Assembly (NCBI GenBank): GCA_016235225.1
Contig: JACRLS010000128.1
Location: forward strand, 1 to 28,651
Length of the DNA stretch: 28,651 nt
Reading direction: 5' to 3'
Origin: Nitrospirota bacterium
Lineage (GTDB): Bacteria; Nitrospirota; Nitrospiria; Nitrospirales; Nitrospiraceae
Position 1 is the stretch's first letter; each line of letters begins with the position of its first letter. The translations under genes were made by a program, and so were the position numbers. Below the pieces are notes generated by a model, which was given only the letters and a program-made list of their open reading frames with translations, was not told where the DNA came from and ran no database searches. Below, in pieces: positions 1 to 8,940 of the stretch.

Positions 1-167
1 CAGGGCCTTGTAAAGACTCTGGCACCCATGCTCTGTGCAATCTCGACCGTCCGGTCGCTGCTGCAGGCATCGACGACGATGCGCACATCCATCCACTTGA
101 CGGATTCGAGACAGTCGCCGATGTTCTGCTCTTCGTTCTTGGTGATGATCAGCGCCGCAATGGACAT
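1..167 (-). CDS. Glycosyltransferase family 2, 5' part (runs off window start)
   Basis: Manual translation from ATG at 167: MSIAALIITKNEEQNIADCLESVKWMDVRIVVDACSSDRTVEIA, a typical GT2 N-terminus (NEE, VVD..S.D.T). Not in the ORF track. Confidence 0.85.
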   Translation of the reverse strand, partial: MSIAALIITKNEEQNIGDCLESVKWMDVRIVVDACSSDRTVEIAQSMGARVFTRP

Positions 168-177
168 CTTACGAACC

Positions 178-304
178 CGTGGTCAGGGGTAGGAACAGAT
201 CGTGGTCCGTGGTCAGTGAAGGAAACCCCATACTCACTCACCACCATCCACTAGCCACTCTTGACCACGGTCTTCTATTATCTCGCCACCAACCACTGAC
301 CACT
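178..304. repeat. Inverted arrays of degenerate heptamers (GTGGTC-type / TGACCAC-type)
   Basis: cgtggtc at 178, 201, 208; ccac cores at 241, 248, 255, 265, 286, 293, 300 (mostly 7-nt period). Confidence 0.7.
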
Positions 305-306
305 CT

Positions 307-1152
307 CTATCCCCTGAACCCTCTCTTCAGCACCGCTCGATAGAAGGCCGGATTCAGCCACCGGTTTCGGGACGGCTTGAGCTTCGGCGACCCGCCGGCG
401 CGGCTCGCCATTACGGCTGGATGGCTGCCGGTAAAGTTCTTCATCATGTCGTATTCCTGAAATTCATACAAGTCCTTTGCGAGCATCCGGGCTTGTTCCT
501 GACCCGGGGCTTCCCCATGATGGCGGGCCACCTGGTACCGGAACTTGTCGAGGAGAACCCGCGGGTCCTTGACCCAGCCGTAATGATAGATCGTGCCGCC
601 ACAGGGACGGACTCGGTCTTTGTGCACGCTCTGCAGGTAGCCCTGGTCAGCCTTGCGCCAGAAGCCCACAGCATCACCACAAGACTCCACCTGGCCGTCA
701 TTTCGGATGATCCGGACGGCGCGGTGATAGAACCAGGGATTACAGGACCAATAGTCGCCGTAAAAATGCAGATACCGAAACGTGAACCCGAGCACCGATG
801 GATTACCCAGCTCCTGCTCCATGGCCTCACGCACGCGCGCATGATCGGCTTCATGAAGTACCTCATCGGCTTGCAGATAGAGCGCCCAATTCCCTGTACA
901 CTGTGCGAGCGCGATGTTCGTCTGCAACGAGAAGAGCAGCCCGTCCTTCTTCATCGCATCGTCCCAGACCGACTCGACGATCCGGACCTTGTCCGATCCA
1001 ATGGACCGGATCAGCGCGACCGTCCCGTCATCCGATTGCCCCACGTTCACCACAAATTCATCGACGAGTGGAAGCGCGGACGTAATCACCTCGACAATCG
1101 GGTAGTCGAACTTGACGGCGTTTCGACAGATGGAGAAACCGCTGACCTTCAT
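307..1152 (-). CDS. Glycosyltransferase family 2 (LPS biosynthesis)
   Basis: MKVSGFSICRNA...VVNVGQSDDGT...YLQADEVLH...HYGWV. Start placed at 1152 because the ORF-track extension to 1218 lies in a repeat array. Confidence 0.85.
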   Translation of the reverse strand: MKVSGFSICRNAVKFDYPIVEVITSALPLVDEFVVNVGQSDDGTVALIRSIGSDKVRIVESVWDDAMKKDGLLFSLQTNIALAQCTGNWALYLQADEVLHEADHARVREAMEQELGNPSVLGFTFRYLHFYGDYWSCNPWFYHRAVRIIRNDGQVESCGDAVGFWRKADQGYLQSVHKDRVRPCGGTIYHYGWVKDPRVLLDKFRYQVARHHGEAPGQEQARMLAKDLYEFQEYDMMKNFTGSHPAVMASRAGGSPKLKPSRNRWLNPAFYRAVLKRGFRG

Positions 1153-1157
1153 CTCAA

Positions 1158-1250
1158 AATTTGGCGATCTGGCGATTTGATGATTTAGCGATTTTCGGAT
1201 CAAGACTCCCCTGTCCAACCTTCACAAGATTACCAAATCACGAGATCACC
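1158..1250. repeat. Inverted arrays of degenerate octamers (GATTTGGC / ACCAAATC)
   Basis: aatttggc gatctggc gatttgat gatttagc gattttcg (1158-1197), spacer, acaagatt accaaatc acgagatc (1224-1247). Confidence 0.8.
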
Positions 1251-2033
1251 CTTTTCTCGCACAAGTTCCCACAACTTCGCATACTTGATGAAGGTGTAAT
1301 AGGCATAGAGCCCCGACAGGATCAGTCCCGGCGTCCCATCCAGAAAGCCGCCCCGGCCCAGGTACATCTTGAAGAAGGTGAAGGTCGGATGGGTGAACAG
1401 TTGGTGAGGCCTAAACCTCCGGCCTTGCTTGGCCATGCGCTCCGCCATCAGCCCGCTGTAGCGATCCATTTTCTCAAGATAATGATTCACGTCGCGAAAT
1501 GGATACTGGAGGACATGCTCACGGAGATAGCCGGCCTGCCCATTCAATTCGAACCCCTCGTGAACCGCTTCCTCGCGATAGCGTAGGCGGCTCTTCCGAA
1601 ATAACTGAGGCTGTCTGTAGTCCGGATACCAGCCGCAATGCCGAATCTGTCGCCCGAGGAAGAAGTTTTGCCGAGGCACAAAATACGCGTCGGCCTTGGG
1701 CCCCTCTTCCAACACCCGACGGATTTCATCCCGAATCTCCGGCGTGGCCCGCTCGTCCGTATCCAGGCTGAACACCCACTCGTGAGTCGCATGCGCGACC
1801 GCCTCGTTCCGCAGGCGTCCGAATCCATGGAACTCGTGTTGAAAGACCTTGTCGGTATACTCCTGGCTGATCTTCGCCGTGGCATCCGTGCTGTGAGAAT
1901 CCACCACGATGAGCTCATCGACCCAGCGAAGACTGTCCAGGCAGGGCCGCATGTTCGGTTCATCATTGTAGGCAATGACATAGGCCGAGACCTTGGTCTG
2001 GTTCATCTGGTTCATCTGGTTTGTCTGGTTCAT
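1230..2033 (-). CDS. Glycosyltransferase family 2 (WaaE/KdtX-like beta-1,4-glucosyltransferase family)
   Basis: YVIAYNDE..IVVDSHSTDAT..LDTDER..WYPDY..VHE; N-terminal MNQ repeats come from the nonamer array (alternative starts 2015, 2006). Confidence 0.85.
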   Translation of the reverse strand: MNQTNQMNQMNQTKVSAYVIAYNDEPNMRPCLDSLRWVDELIVVDSHSTDATAKISQEYTDKVFQHEFHGFGRLRNEAVAHATHEWVFSLDTDERATPEIRDEIRRVLEEGPKADAYFVPRQNFFLGRQIRHCGWYPDYRQPQLFRKSRLRYREEAVHEGFELNGQAGYLREHVLQYPFRDVNHYLEKMDRYSGLMAERMAKQGRRFRPHQLFTHPTFTFFKMYLGRGGFLDGTPGLILSGLYAYYTFIKYAKLWELVREKGDLVIW

Positions 2034-2127
2034 CTCGTGTGTCTGGTTCGTTTAGTTATCTGGATCAACCAAAGAAACGAGAAAAACCAGATCAACGAGA
2101 CAAAGGAGATCAACCACACAAACCTGG
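1998..2127. repeat. Inverted arrays of degenerate nonamers (CTGGTTYRT / AYRAACCAG)
   Basis: ctggttcat x2, ctggtttgt, ctggttcat, ctcgtgtgt, ctggttcgt (1998-2051); atcaaccaa agaaacgag aaaaaccag atcaacgag acaaaggag atcaaccac acaaacctg (2064-2126). Confidence 0.9.
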
Positions 2128-2130
2128 CTG

Positions 2131-3150
2131 CTAGACATGCTGGACTGTCACCGATTCAGCCCTCGTCAGCACAGATTGGATTCTGTCTGCCACGCCGTCC
2201 GCCGTGATCCGGTCCAGGCAATCCCAATAGGGACAGGCTTCGTAAATGCATTTCTCACAGGTCGGCACGTCGGGGCGGAGCACAAAGCCACGGCCCAGCG
2301 GCGCCCACCGGATCGGCAGATTGTTTCGGCGGGGATCGAACAGGCTGACGGTGGCCACCCCGAGCGCCGCAGCCATGTGCGCAGGACCGGTCGCGCCCGA
2401 AACGACCACCTGGCTCTGGGCGACCACGGCCATCAACTGTCTGACGGACAGACGGCCCATGAAGTCTTCAATGCCCTTGGTCGCACCCGGAGACCGGCCG
2501 ATTTCTTCCCGAAACCGATCCCCCTCTGCCTGATTGCCCGTCAACCCGACGGCAAGTCCCTCGGAGACCAGGCGCTGCACCAAATCCCAGTAGTGTCGGC
2601 TGGCCCAGCGACGGGCCGCAAACCCGCCTGGATGCAGAATGACACGGGGTGAGGGGATGGTAGCCAGGGTCGAAGCCGCCCATGCCCGTTCCTCCGGCGT
2701 CACGACCAGCCGCGGAGGCGCGACCGGCCCCGGTTCAATTCCCAGCCCGCGCAGCAGGCCCAGATTATACTCGGCTTCGTGCTTCGTGAAATCAGACCGG
2801 TGCTCATACACTCGTCGATTCGCGAACAGACCATACCATCGATAGCCGGTGGCCACCCGCTGCGGAACGCGGGCCCACCATGAGGCCATGATCAGCCGGC
2901 GAAAGGGCTTCAGAAAGAGTGCGACATCGATCTTCCTGCGAAAGAGCGCAACCAATTCAGCAAAAGACTCTTCTCCCGAAACAGTGACCACGTCATCGAG
3001 ATCAGGATGATGCGCCAGAACCGGCGCCGCATAGGCACTGGAGAGAAACATGATCCGGCTCTGAGGCTGCTGACGGCGCAGGGCGGACGCTACCGGCAGC
3101 GAGAGGATCTCGTCGCCGATGCCGTCTGGTCTGACGATCAGCACGTTCAT
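2131..3150 (-). CDS. Glycosyltransferase family 9 (heptosyltransferase-like)
   Basis: LIVRPDGIGDEILSLP, VILHPGG, VVSGATGPAHMAAALGVATVSLF: GT9 motifs. Confidence 0.9.
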   Translation of the reverse strand: MNVLIVRPDGIGDEILSLPVASALRRQQPQSRIMFLSSAYAAPVLAHHPDLDDVVTVSGEESFAELVALFRRKIDVALFLKPFRRLIMASWWARVPQRVATGYRWYGLFANRRVYEHRSDFTKHEAEYNLGLLRGLGIEPGPVAPPRLVVTPEERAWAASTLATIPSPRVILHPGGFAARRWASRHYWDLVQRLVSEGLAVGLTGNQAEGDRFREEIGRSPGATKGIEDFMGRLSVRQLMAVVAQSQVVVSGATGPAHMAAALGVATVSLFDPRRNNLPIRWAPLGRGFVLRPDVPTCEKCIYEACPYWDCLDRITADGVADRIQSVLTRAESVTVQHV

Positions 3151-3260
3151 AGGTAGAGGTTCAGGCTAAAGGATATTGATTCATTGGGTCAACGGGTCAT
3201 TGATCCAATGTCTCAATGATTCAATGCCTCAATGCTGATCCCTCAGCCTCAACCTTGGCC
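3151..3260. repeat. Nested inverted arrays: outer hexamers (AGGYTN / CCTCAR) and inner octamers (TCATTGRK / TCAATGNN)
   Basis: aggtag aggttc aggcta | atattgat tcattggg tcaacggg tcattgat | ccaatgtc tcaatgat tcaatgcc tcaatgct | cctcag cctcaa ccttgg. Confidence 0.8.
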
Positions 3261-4300
3261 CTCCCCTGCAGCACCTGCTGCACCGCGCGGAAGACGTCGG
3301 AGGGCGCGATGGCCGTCAGACATTCGAGCTGGCTCACATTGGTACAGCGCCGACTGAAACAGGGGCTACACGGAATACCCGCGCGCAAGACTTGATGGGA
3401 GGCTCCGTATGGCCCGGTTCTCGCCGGGCTGGTCGGGCCAAAGATGGCCACGACCGGGGTCCCCACCGCAGCGGCCACATGCATGGGCCCCGAATCGTTC
3501 GTCACCAACACCGCCGCCTTCCGCAGCAGTGCGGGCAGGAGACCGATTCCCGTCTGCCCCACAAGACTGATCGGCTGCTGCGCCATCAAGCGACTCACTG
3601 CATCGGCAGCCTCGCGCTCGCTGGGCGCTCCAAACAGTACCACCGGCCCGATTCCCGCTTCATTCAACTGGTCGATAAGCTTGGCGAAGGACTGGATGGG
3701 CCAGCATTTGGTCGGCCAGCGGGCCGACACATTCATCGCAATCCAGGGGCGATCAGATGTGATACCGCGGCGCGTTAACAGCAGGTTGACTGCCTCATCA
3801 TCGGTCCGCGGAATACTCAATCGAAATCGCGGGGTGGAAGGCCTTGGGGCCCCCAGAGCCTCGGCCACCAGGAGATACCGATCGACCGCGTGCATGTCGG
3901 GAGAGGGGACCGCCACGCGATGGGAATAGAAGAGGGGACTTCCCTCCCGTGCATCGGCAAACCCCAGCCGCACCGGCGCGCCACTGAGCCGCGCCATCAC
4001 TCCGCTCCGGAACAACCCCTGCAGATCAACCGCCAGATCGACGGCTTCCGCGCGCAAGCGAGGGACCTTCCCGAACCAGCCGCGAAGCCCCGGGGCTACC
4101 GCGCAAATCTCATCGACCCCCTCAACCCGCTGAACAAATCCGGCCCATTCCTGCTTAACCAGCCACGTAATCCTGGCCTGCGGAAAGCGACTCCGCAAGG
4201 CATCCAGCGTCGGCAGGGCGTGCACGATATCGCCCAACGAACTGGGCTTGATGAACAAGAGATGATGAACGTCTGAGACTGGCAGCACGACGTGGGTCAC
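3221..4300 (-). CDS. waaC: LPS heptosyltransferase I (GT9)
   Basis: FIKPSSLGDIVHALP, VDLQGLFRSG, TNDSGPMHVAAAVGTP; GTG start. Confidence 0.8.
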   Translation of the reverse strand: MTHVVLPVSDVHHLLFIKPSSLGDIVHALPTLDALRSRFPQARITWLVKQEWAGFVQRVEGVDEICAVAPGLRGWFGKVPRLRAEAVDLAVDLQGLFRSGVMARLSGAPVRLGFADAREGSPLFYSHRVAVPSPDMHAVDRYLLVAEALGAPRPSTPRFRLSIPRTDDEAVNLLLTRRGITSDRPWIAMNVSARWPTKCWPIQSFAKLIDQLNEAGIGPVVLFGAPSEREAADAVSRLMAQQPISLVGQTGIGLLPALLRKAAVLVTNDSGPMHVAAAVGTPVVAIFGPTSPARTGPYGASHQVLRAGIPCSPCFSRRCTNVSQLECLTAIAPSDVFRAVQQVLQGRAKVEAEGSALRH

Positions 4301-4308
4301 TCTTAGTA

Positions 4309-4361
4309 GTGCTCACACTGAGGAGGGAGGCCGATCAGGCAGCCGCTGTCACAGTGAGCAC
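4309..4361. repeat. Intergenic inverted repeat (gtgctcac / gtgagcac)
   Basis: 8-bp perfect arms at 4309-4316 and 4354-4361, extendable to 11 of 13 matches. Confidence 0.5.
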
Positions 4362-4388
4362 AATGCTCGGCGAGATAGTCGTTCAACC

Positions 4389-6014
4389 CTACCGCTCATC
4401 GATCCGTCGACACCCCTCCCCGGCCGTGACCTGGTACCGAACGCCGCAAGCTTCGCATAGCGCCCGGCCCCGTGTCACCTTCAATTTGACGCCGCAGGCA
4501 CACATCCAGCCCACGCGACGGGCCGGATTCCCGACCACCAGCGCATAGTCCGGCACCGATTTCGTGACCACTGCGCCCGCCCCTACAAAGGCGGACTGAC
4601 CGATCGTCACGCCACAGACAATCGTGCAGTTGGCGCCGAGTGTGGCCCCTTCGCGCACTCGCGTCAACTTCAGTTCGGCTTTTCGCGGGATCGCGCTCCG
4701 CGGATTGATGACATTCGTAAAGACCATGGCGGGCCCGCAGAACACGGCATCCTCCAACGTGACCCCTTCATAAATAGACACGTTATTCTGGATCTTCACT
4801 CCGTTGCCGATCGACACACGGGGGCCGATCACCACGTTCTGCCCGACGATACAGTTTCGACCGATCCGACTCCCGGCCAGCACGTGTGAGAAATGCCATA
4901 GCTTCGTGCCGGATCCGATCTCAGATGGCTGATCGACGATCGCGGTCGGATGAACCCAGACCCCAGCATGCCCCTCCCCCTTTCCCTCTCCCCCGAGGGG
5001 AAAGGGGGGGGTGAGGGGGACTGTCTCGCCCTCCCGAGTCAGTGACACCGCGACGCCTCGCAGATCGAGCGACTGCTGACTCGCCTGCAGCACTTCCAAG
5101 ACTGCAAGGGCCTCACGACCGTCGGTCCGCGCGGTGGTCCGATGTTCGACACACTCGAGGAAATGGCGACACTCGGCGGCCAGCGGCTCCTCCGACTCCA
5201 GCGGCACGACTTCCGCATTGCCCCGATGGGCCACCGGAGCTCGATCAACCCACGACACTTCGTGGGGATAGAGCACCAATTTGTCCTTGGCCAGATCATC
5301 GAACACGGCCATCTTTCGATCCCCGATGACCACCAGTCGCTGTTCCTTCACAGGGTGCAGCCAGCTCACAAAGATATGGCCCCTGACGCCGTTCGAAAAG
5401 GCCAGATGCGTCATGGTGACGTCCGGCACCCCGGTTTGCAGATAGGTCCCCCCGTTCGCCTGCACTGCCACCGGCAGCTGTCCGACGAGATGAATGAGTG
5501 TGGAGATATCGTGTGGAGCGAAGCTCCACAGAATATTCTCTTCACGGCGAAATTTGCCGATGTTCAGCCGGTTCGAATAGGCATACTGCAGCTTGCCCAG
5601 CTCGCCTTTGGCGATCAGCGCATTCAGCGCCACAACGGCCGGATGGTAGCGCAGCACGTGGCCGACCATGAGAATGCGCTGCAGCCGCGACGCCAGATCC
5701 ACCACTTCCCGGCCTTCCGCGAGGGCCAGCGCCAGCGGCTTTTCGACAAAGACGTCCTTGCCGGCCAGCAGGGCCTGTTTGGCCATGGCGGCGTGCGTTT
5801 TTGCCGGCGTTGCCAGGACCACGGCGGCAATCGTTGGATCAGCGAGGACCCGCTCGTAGGAGGCGACCATCGGCACGTCGGGGAAATGCTTCGCCGCCCG
5901 CTTCAGAGCGTTCGGATCGTCGTCGCAGATCGCCTGCAACGCGCCCATCGTGCCAAAGTTTCGGACCAGGTTCGCGCCCCAGGCGCCCGCTCCGACACAG
6001 GCCACCCTGATCAT
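4389..6014 (-). CDS. Fused Gfo/Idh/MocA oxidoreductase (WbpB/WlbA-like) + hexapeptide N-acetyltransferase (WbpD/WlbB-like)
   Basis: N-terminal VGAGAWG, FVEKP, MVGHVL, APHD; C-terminal [36 protein letters not shown]. Confidence 0.85.
   Translation of the reverse strand: MIRVACVGAGAWGANLVRNFGTMGALQAICDDDPNALKRAAKHFPDVPMVASYERVLADPTIAAVVLATPAKTHAAMAKQALLAGKDVFVEKPLALALAEGREVVDLASRLQRILMVGHVLRYHPAVVALNALIAKGELGKLQYAYSNRLNIGKFRREENILWSFAPHDISTLIHLVGQLPVAVQANGGTYLQTGVPDVTMTHLAFSNGVRGHIFVSWLHPVKEQRLVVIGDRKMAVFDDLAKDKLVLYPHEVSWVDRAPVAHRGNAEVVPLESEEPLAAECRHFLECVEHRTTARTDGREALAVLEVLQASQQSLDLRGVAVSLTREGETVPLTPPFPLGGEGKGEGHAGVWVHPTAIVDQPSEIGSGTKLWHFSHVLAGSRIGRNCIVGQNVVIGPRVSIGNGVKIQNNVSIYEGVTLEDAVFCGPAMVFTNVINPRSAIPRKAELKLTRVREGATLGANCTIVCGVTIGQSAFVGAGAVVTKSVPDYALVVGNPARRVGWMCACGVKLKVTRGRALCEACGVRYQVTAGEGCRRIDER
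4971..5020. repeat. G/C-rich REP-like palindrome inside the coding linker
   Basis: cccctccccctttccc ... gggaaagggggggg tgagggg; translated as [16 protein letters not shown]. Confidence 0.7.
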
Positions 6015-7753
6015 GCCTGCCTCCAGTCAAAGGTCGTCTGCACCGAGACTGCCTCATGTCCGCCCCCTGCCGCGTCCTGCTCGATCCAGGACACCGCCTC
6101 CACAAGCGACTCGGCCGTATGGTGAGGCAGCAGCGATCGTTCCTGCAGATCGCGAACCGCCTGGGCACTCGTCGGGCCGGTCGTGACGAGGACCGCTTTG
6201 ACCCCGACCCGATGACCAAGCTCAATGTCCCGACTCTGATCGCCCACGATATAGGCCCTGGTCAGATCAATCCCCAAATCTCGCTTCGCCCGCTCGACCA
6301 TGAGGGTGCCGGGCTTGCGACAGAGACAGCCATCGTCGGGATGGTGCGGACAAAAGTAGATCGCATCCAGCCAGCCGCCTGCCTGAGCCAACATGTCCTT
6401 GAGCCGGCCATGCGTCGCCTCCAGCACCTCCGGCGTAAACATTCCTCGCCCGATGCCGGACTGATTGGTAATCAAGATCACGCGGGCACCCGTCCGATTG
6501 AGTCGCGCCACGGTGTCCGCCGCTCCGGGTAGAAGGGTCAATTCCAGCGGATTCGTCACATAGCCGGATTCATGGTTCAGCGTTCCGTCCCGATCCAGAA
6601 AGACCGTCACGCCCTTGAGCGGCAGGCGCCGGCCGGCAATCCAGGACGAGCGCGCATTGGACGCCGCATCCCTGGCCGAGTCCTTCACGGTCGGGGAAGC
6701 GGCATCGGGGGACCGGATCATCAGCTTGAGCGAGGCGGTGTAGACCATCTCGACCGTCACGCCCGACATGCAGCGGTGATCGATGGGACATTCGCGCAGG
6801 AGGCAGGGCGCACAGTCCACCGGGTATCGGATCAGCTCATGACCCGGTCCGGCCGGCGCTGTGCTCCGCCAATCCGTCGGCCCGAAGACCGCCACCGTCG
6901 GCACCCCGAAGGCGCTCGCGATGTGCATGGGCCCCGTATCGTTGGTCAGGAACAGGTTGCACCGGCGGGTCACGCCCATCAACTCCCGTATGGTCGTCTG
7001 CCCGGACCACACCAGCGATCTCGCCTTCATCCGAGCGGCAATCTCCTGTCCCAAGGCCTCTTCTCCTCGCGCCCCGACGATGATGACCCAGGCGCGGTCT
7101 CGCCCCACCTCGTGGATGAGACGATCCGCGGTGTCCGCAAAGCGTTCAGGCCACCAGCGCTTGGCGCCACCGTAGACCGAGCCGGGATTGAGCCCGAGCA
7201 CAAAATCCCGGCCATCGATGCCGGCCGCCGACAGTCGATCCGTCATCCGTCGGTCTTCGTGGTCTTTGAGATACAGGCGAGGCGGCGCCGGGTCGCCCTC
7301 CACGCCCAGACGATGGAGCATGTCATGGTAATACCGAATCTGATGAGCGGGCCGCGTCCGATCCGGAACCGGGACCGGATGGGAGAGCAAGACCGACCGG
7401 CCGTCAGTCGCGTACCCGAATCGCCGCCGGATGCCCGCCATCCAAGTAATCAACGCCCCCTCAAACGCATTCTGAAAGAGCACGGCCAGGTCAAAACGAT
7501 CCCGCCGCAGCCGGCGCGCGAGATGCCACTTGCCGGACACACCGGCATGCCGCCCACGGTGATCATAGACCACCGTCGCCTGGACGGCCGGATGGCCATC
7601 AAGCAGCTCGGCGATCGTCGGTCGGGCCAGCAGCGTCAGCGGCGTCTCGGGAAAGGCCCGATGGAGCGCCGACAAGGCGGGCTCACACATGATCGCATCG
7701 CCGATCCAGTTCGGCACCCGAACCAGGATCCGGCGGATCTGATCTATTTTCAC
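6011..7753 (-). CDS. waaF: Fused LPS heptosyltransferase II (WaaF) + D-glycero-D-manno-heptose 1,7-bisphosphate phosphatase (GmhB)
   Basis: [33 protein letters not shown]; then the HAD motif [14 protein letters not shown] and [14 protein letters not shown]. Confidence 0.9.
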   Translation of the reverse strand: MKIDQIRRILVRVPNWIGDAIMCEPALSALHRAFPETPLTLLARPTIAELLDGHPAVQATVVYDHRGRHAGVSGKWHLARRLRRDRFDLAVLFQNAFEGALITWMAGIRRRFGYATDGRSVLLSHPVPVPDRTRPAHQIRYYHDMLHRLGVEGDPAPPRLYLKDHEDRRMTDRLSAAGIDGRDFVLGLNPGSVYGGAKRWWPERFADTADRLIHEVGRDRAWVIIVGARGEEALGQEIAARMKARSLVWSGQTTIRELMGVTRRCNLFLTNDTGPMHIASAFGVPTVAVFGPTDWRSTAPAGPGHELIRYPVDCAPCLLRECPIDHRCMSGVTVEMVYTASLKLMIRSPDAASPTVKDSARDAASNARSSWIAGRRLPLKGVTVFLDRDGTLNHESGYVTNPLELTLLPGAADTVARLNRTGARVILITNQSGIGRGMFTPEVLEATHGRLKDMLAQAGGWLDAIYFCPHHPDDGCLCRKPGTLMVERAKRDLGIDLTRAYIVGDQSRDIELGHRVGVKAVLVTTGPTSAQAVRDLQERSLLPHHTAESLVEAVSWIEQDAAGGGHEAVSVQTTFDWRQA

Positions 7754-7769
7754 GCAGGCCTCACAGGTC

Positions 7770-7798
7770 AGTATAGCGGAAGGGTTCAGGGCCGCGAA
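7770..7798 (-). promoter_or_regulatory. Possible internal sigma70 promoter upstream of waaF
   Basis: TTCGCG-N17-TATACT on the minus strand; the -35 is weak. Confidence 0.3.
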
Positions 7799-8940
7799 GC
7801 AGGATCGTCTCTTTGCGCACCAGTCCGGGGGACCATCAGCAGCCGGTCAAGCTCCGCCTCGCCATCCAACACCTCAACCCCCAGCCGGACAACCCGGCAC
7901 AGCCGCTCCAACTCGGGTCCCAGGGCGAGTCGCGCCAGCTTGGCCGCATCTTTTTCCGTCGTCAGCACATAGTCGGCGTGGGCGCGACGAGCCACATCCA
8001 TGAGGCGTTCGGCATCTCGAAGCGAATAGCGATGGTGATCCGGCCAGGCGACTGCATCTACGACCGTGACGTGCAAGCGGTCGACATCACGACGAAACGC
8101 GCGGGGATTCGCAATGCCGCATCCGGTCACCACTCGCGCGCCCCGAATCCCGTCGATCGCGGTGGTGGTTCCGCCCTGGAGATCCGTCAGGGCCTCGTGG
8201 AAGAATCGCAACTGAATGGTCGGCCTTGCGGGCACCCGCGCTCGTGCCAGACGAGACAACAAGGCCGCGCTTCCGTGAGGCGTCTCGGCCCTGGTCACCA
8301 CGATGGCCGAGGCCCGGGATGCCGCCGTGAGCGGCTCGCGTAGCCGTCCCGCAGGGAGCAGTTGATCCAGGCTCGCCGGCGCGCTGGCGTCCAGCAGCAG
8401 CAGATTCACGTCCCGATCGAGGCTGAGATGCTGGAATCCATCATCCAGCACGAGTACGTCGAGGGGGATCTGGTTCAACACCCACCCGCCCAATCTCGCG
8501 CGGTCGGCTCCCACCGCGACCACCGCCTGAGGACATCGCCGGGCAATCAGGTACGGCTCATCCCCCCCCTCATCCGGGCCGAGGAGCGTGCGCCGCCCAT
8601 CTGATACCAGGGCCATGTCTTGCGAGCCTGATCGCCGATAGCCCCGACTCAGGATCCCGACGCGATAGCCCTGCTCGATCAATCGCGACGCCACGAAGAT
8701 GGTCACGGGCGTCTTGCCGGTTCCCCCGACCGTCACGTTGCCGATACTGATGACACGACAGGGCAGCGCATGACGAGCGAAGAGCCCGGCTCGGTACCCA
8801 CCGGCGCGAAGGCGCACGGCCGCGCCATAGACCCAGGACAGCGGAGTCAAGCAGGTCCGAAGGGGCCATGACAGCATCGGCTCACCGGCGGAACAGGAGC
8901 CGGAACAGACCTGACCGCCGGTCGTCCGGTGGGCGGTCAT
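7786..8940 (-). CDS. lpxK: Tetraacyldisaccharide 4'-kinase
   Basis: ISIGNVTVGGTGKTP, LSRGY, LDDGFQH, LPAGRLREP, PDHH, TTEKD; ATGA overlap with the waaA stop. Confidence 0.95.
   Translation of the reverse strand: MTAHRTTGGQVCSGSCSAGEPMLSWPLRTCLTPLSWVYGAAVRLRAGGYRAGLFARHALPCRVISIGNVTVGGTGKTPVTIFVASRLIEQGYRVGILSRGYRRSGSQDMALVSDGRRTLLGPDEGGDEPYLIARRCPQAVVAVGADRARLGGWVLNQIPLDVLVLDDGFQHLSLDRDVNLLLLDASAPASLDQLLPAGRLREPLTAASRASAIVVTRAETPHGSAALLSRLARARVPARPTIQLRFFHEALTDLQGGTTTAIDGIRGARVVTGCGIANPRAFRRDVDRLHVTVVDAVAWPDHHRYSLRDAERLMDVARRAHADYVLTTEKDAAKLARLALGPELERLCRVVRLGVEVLDGEAELDRLLMVPRTGAQRDDPASRP

Noticed and set aside
5142-6125. 327-aa plus-strand ORF
   Set aside because: Antisense shadow of the oxidoreductase domain.
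6572-7972. 466-aa plus-strand ORF
   Set aside because: Antisense to waaF-gmhB; Arg/Gly-rich with no family motifs.
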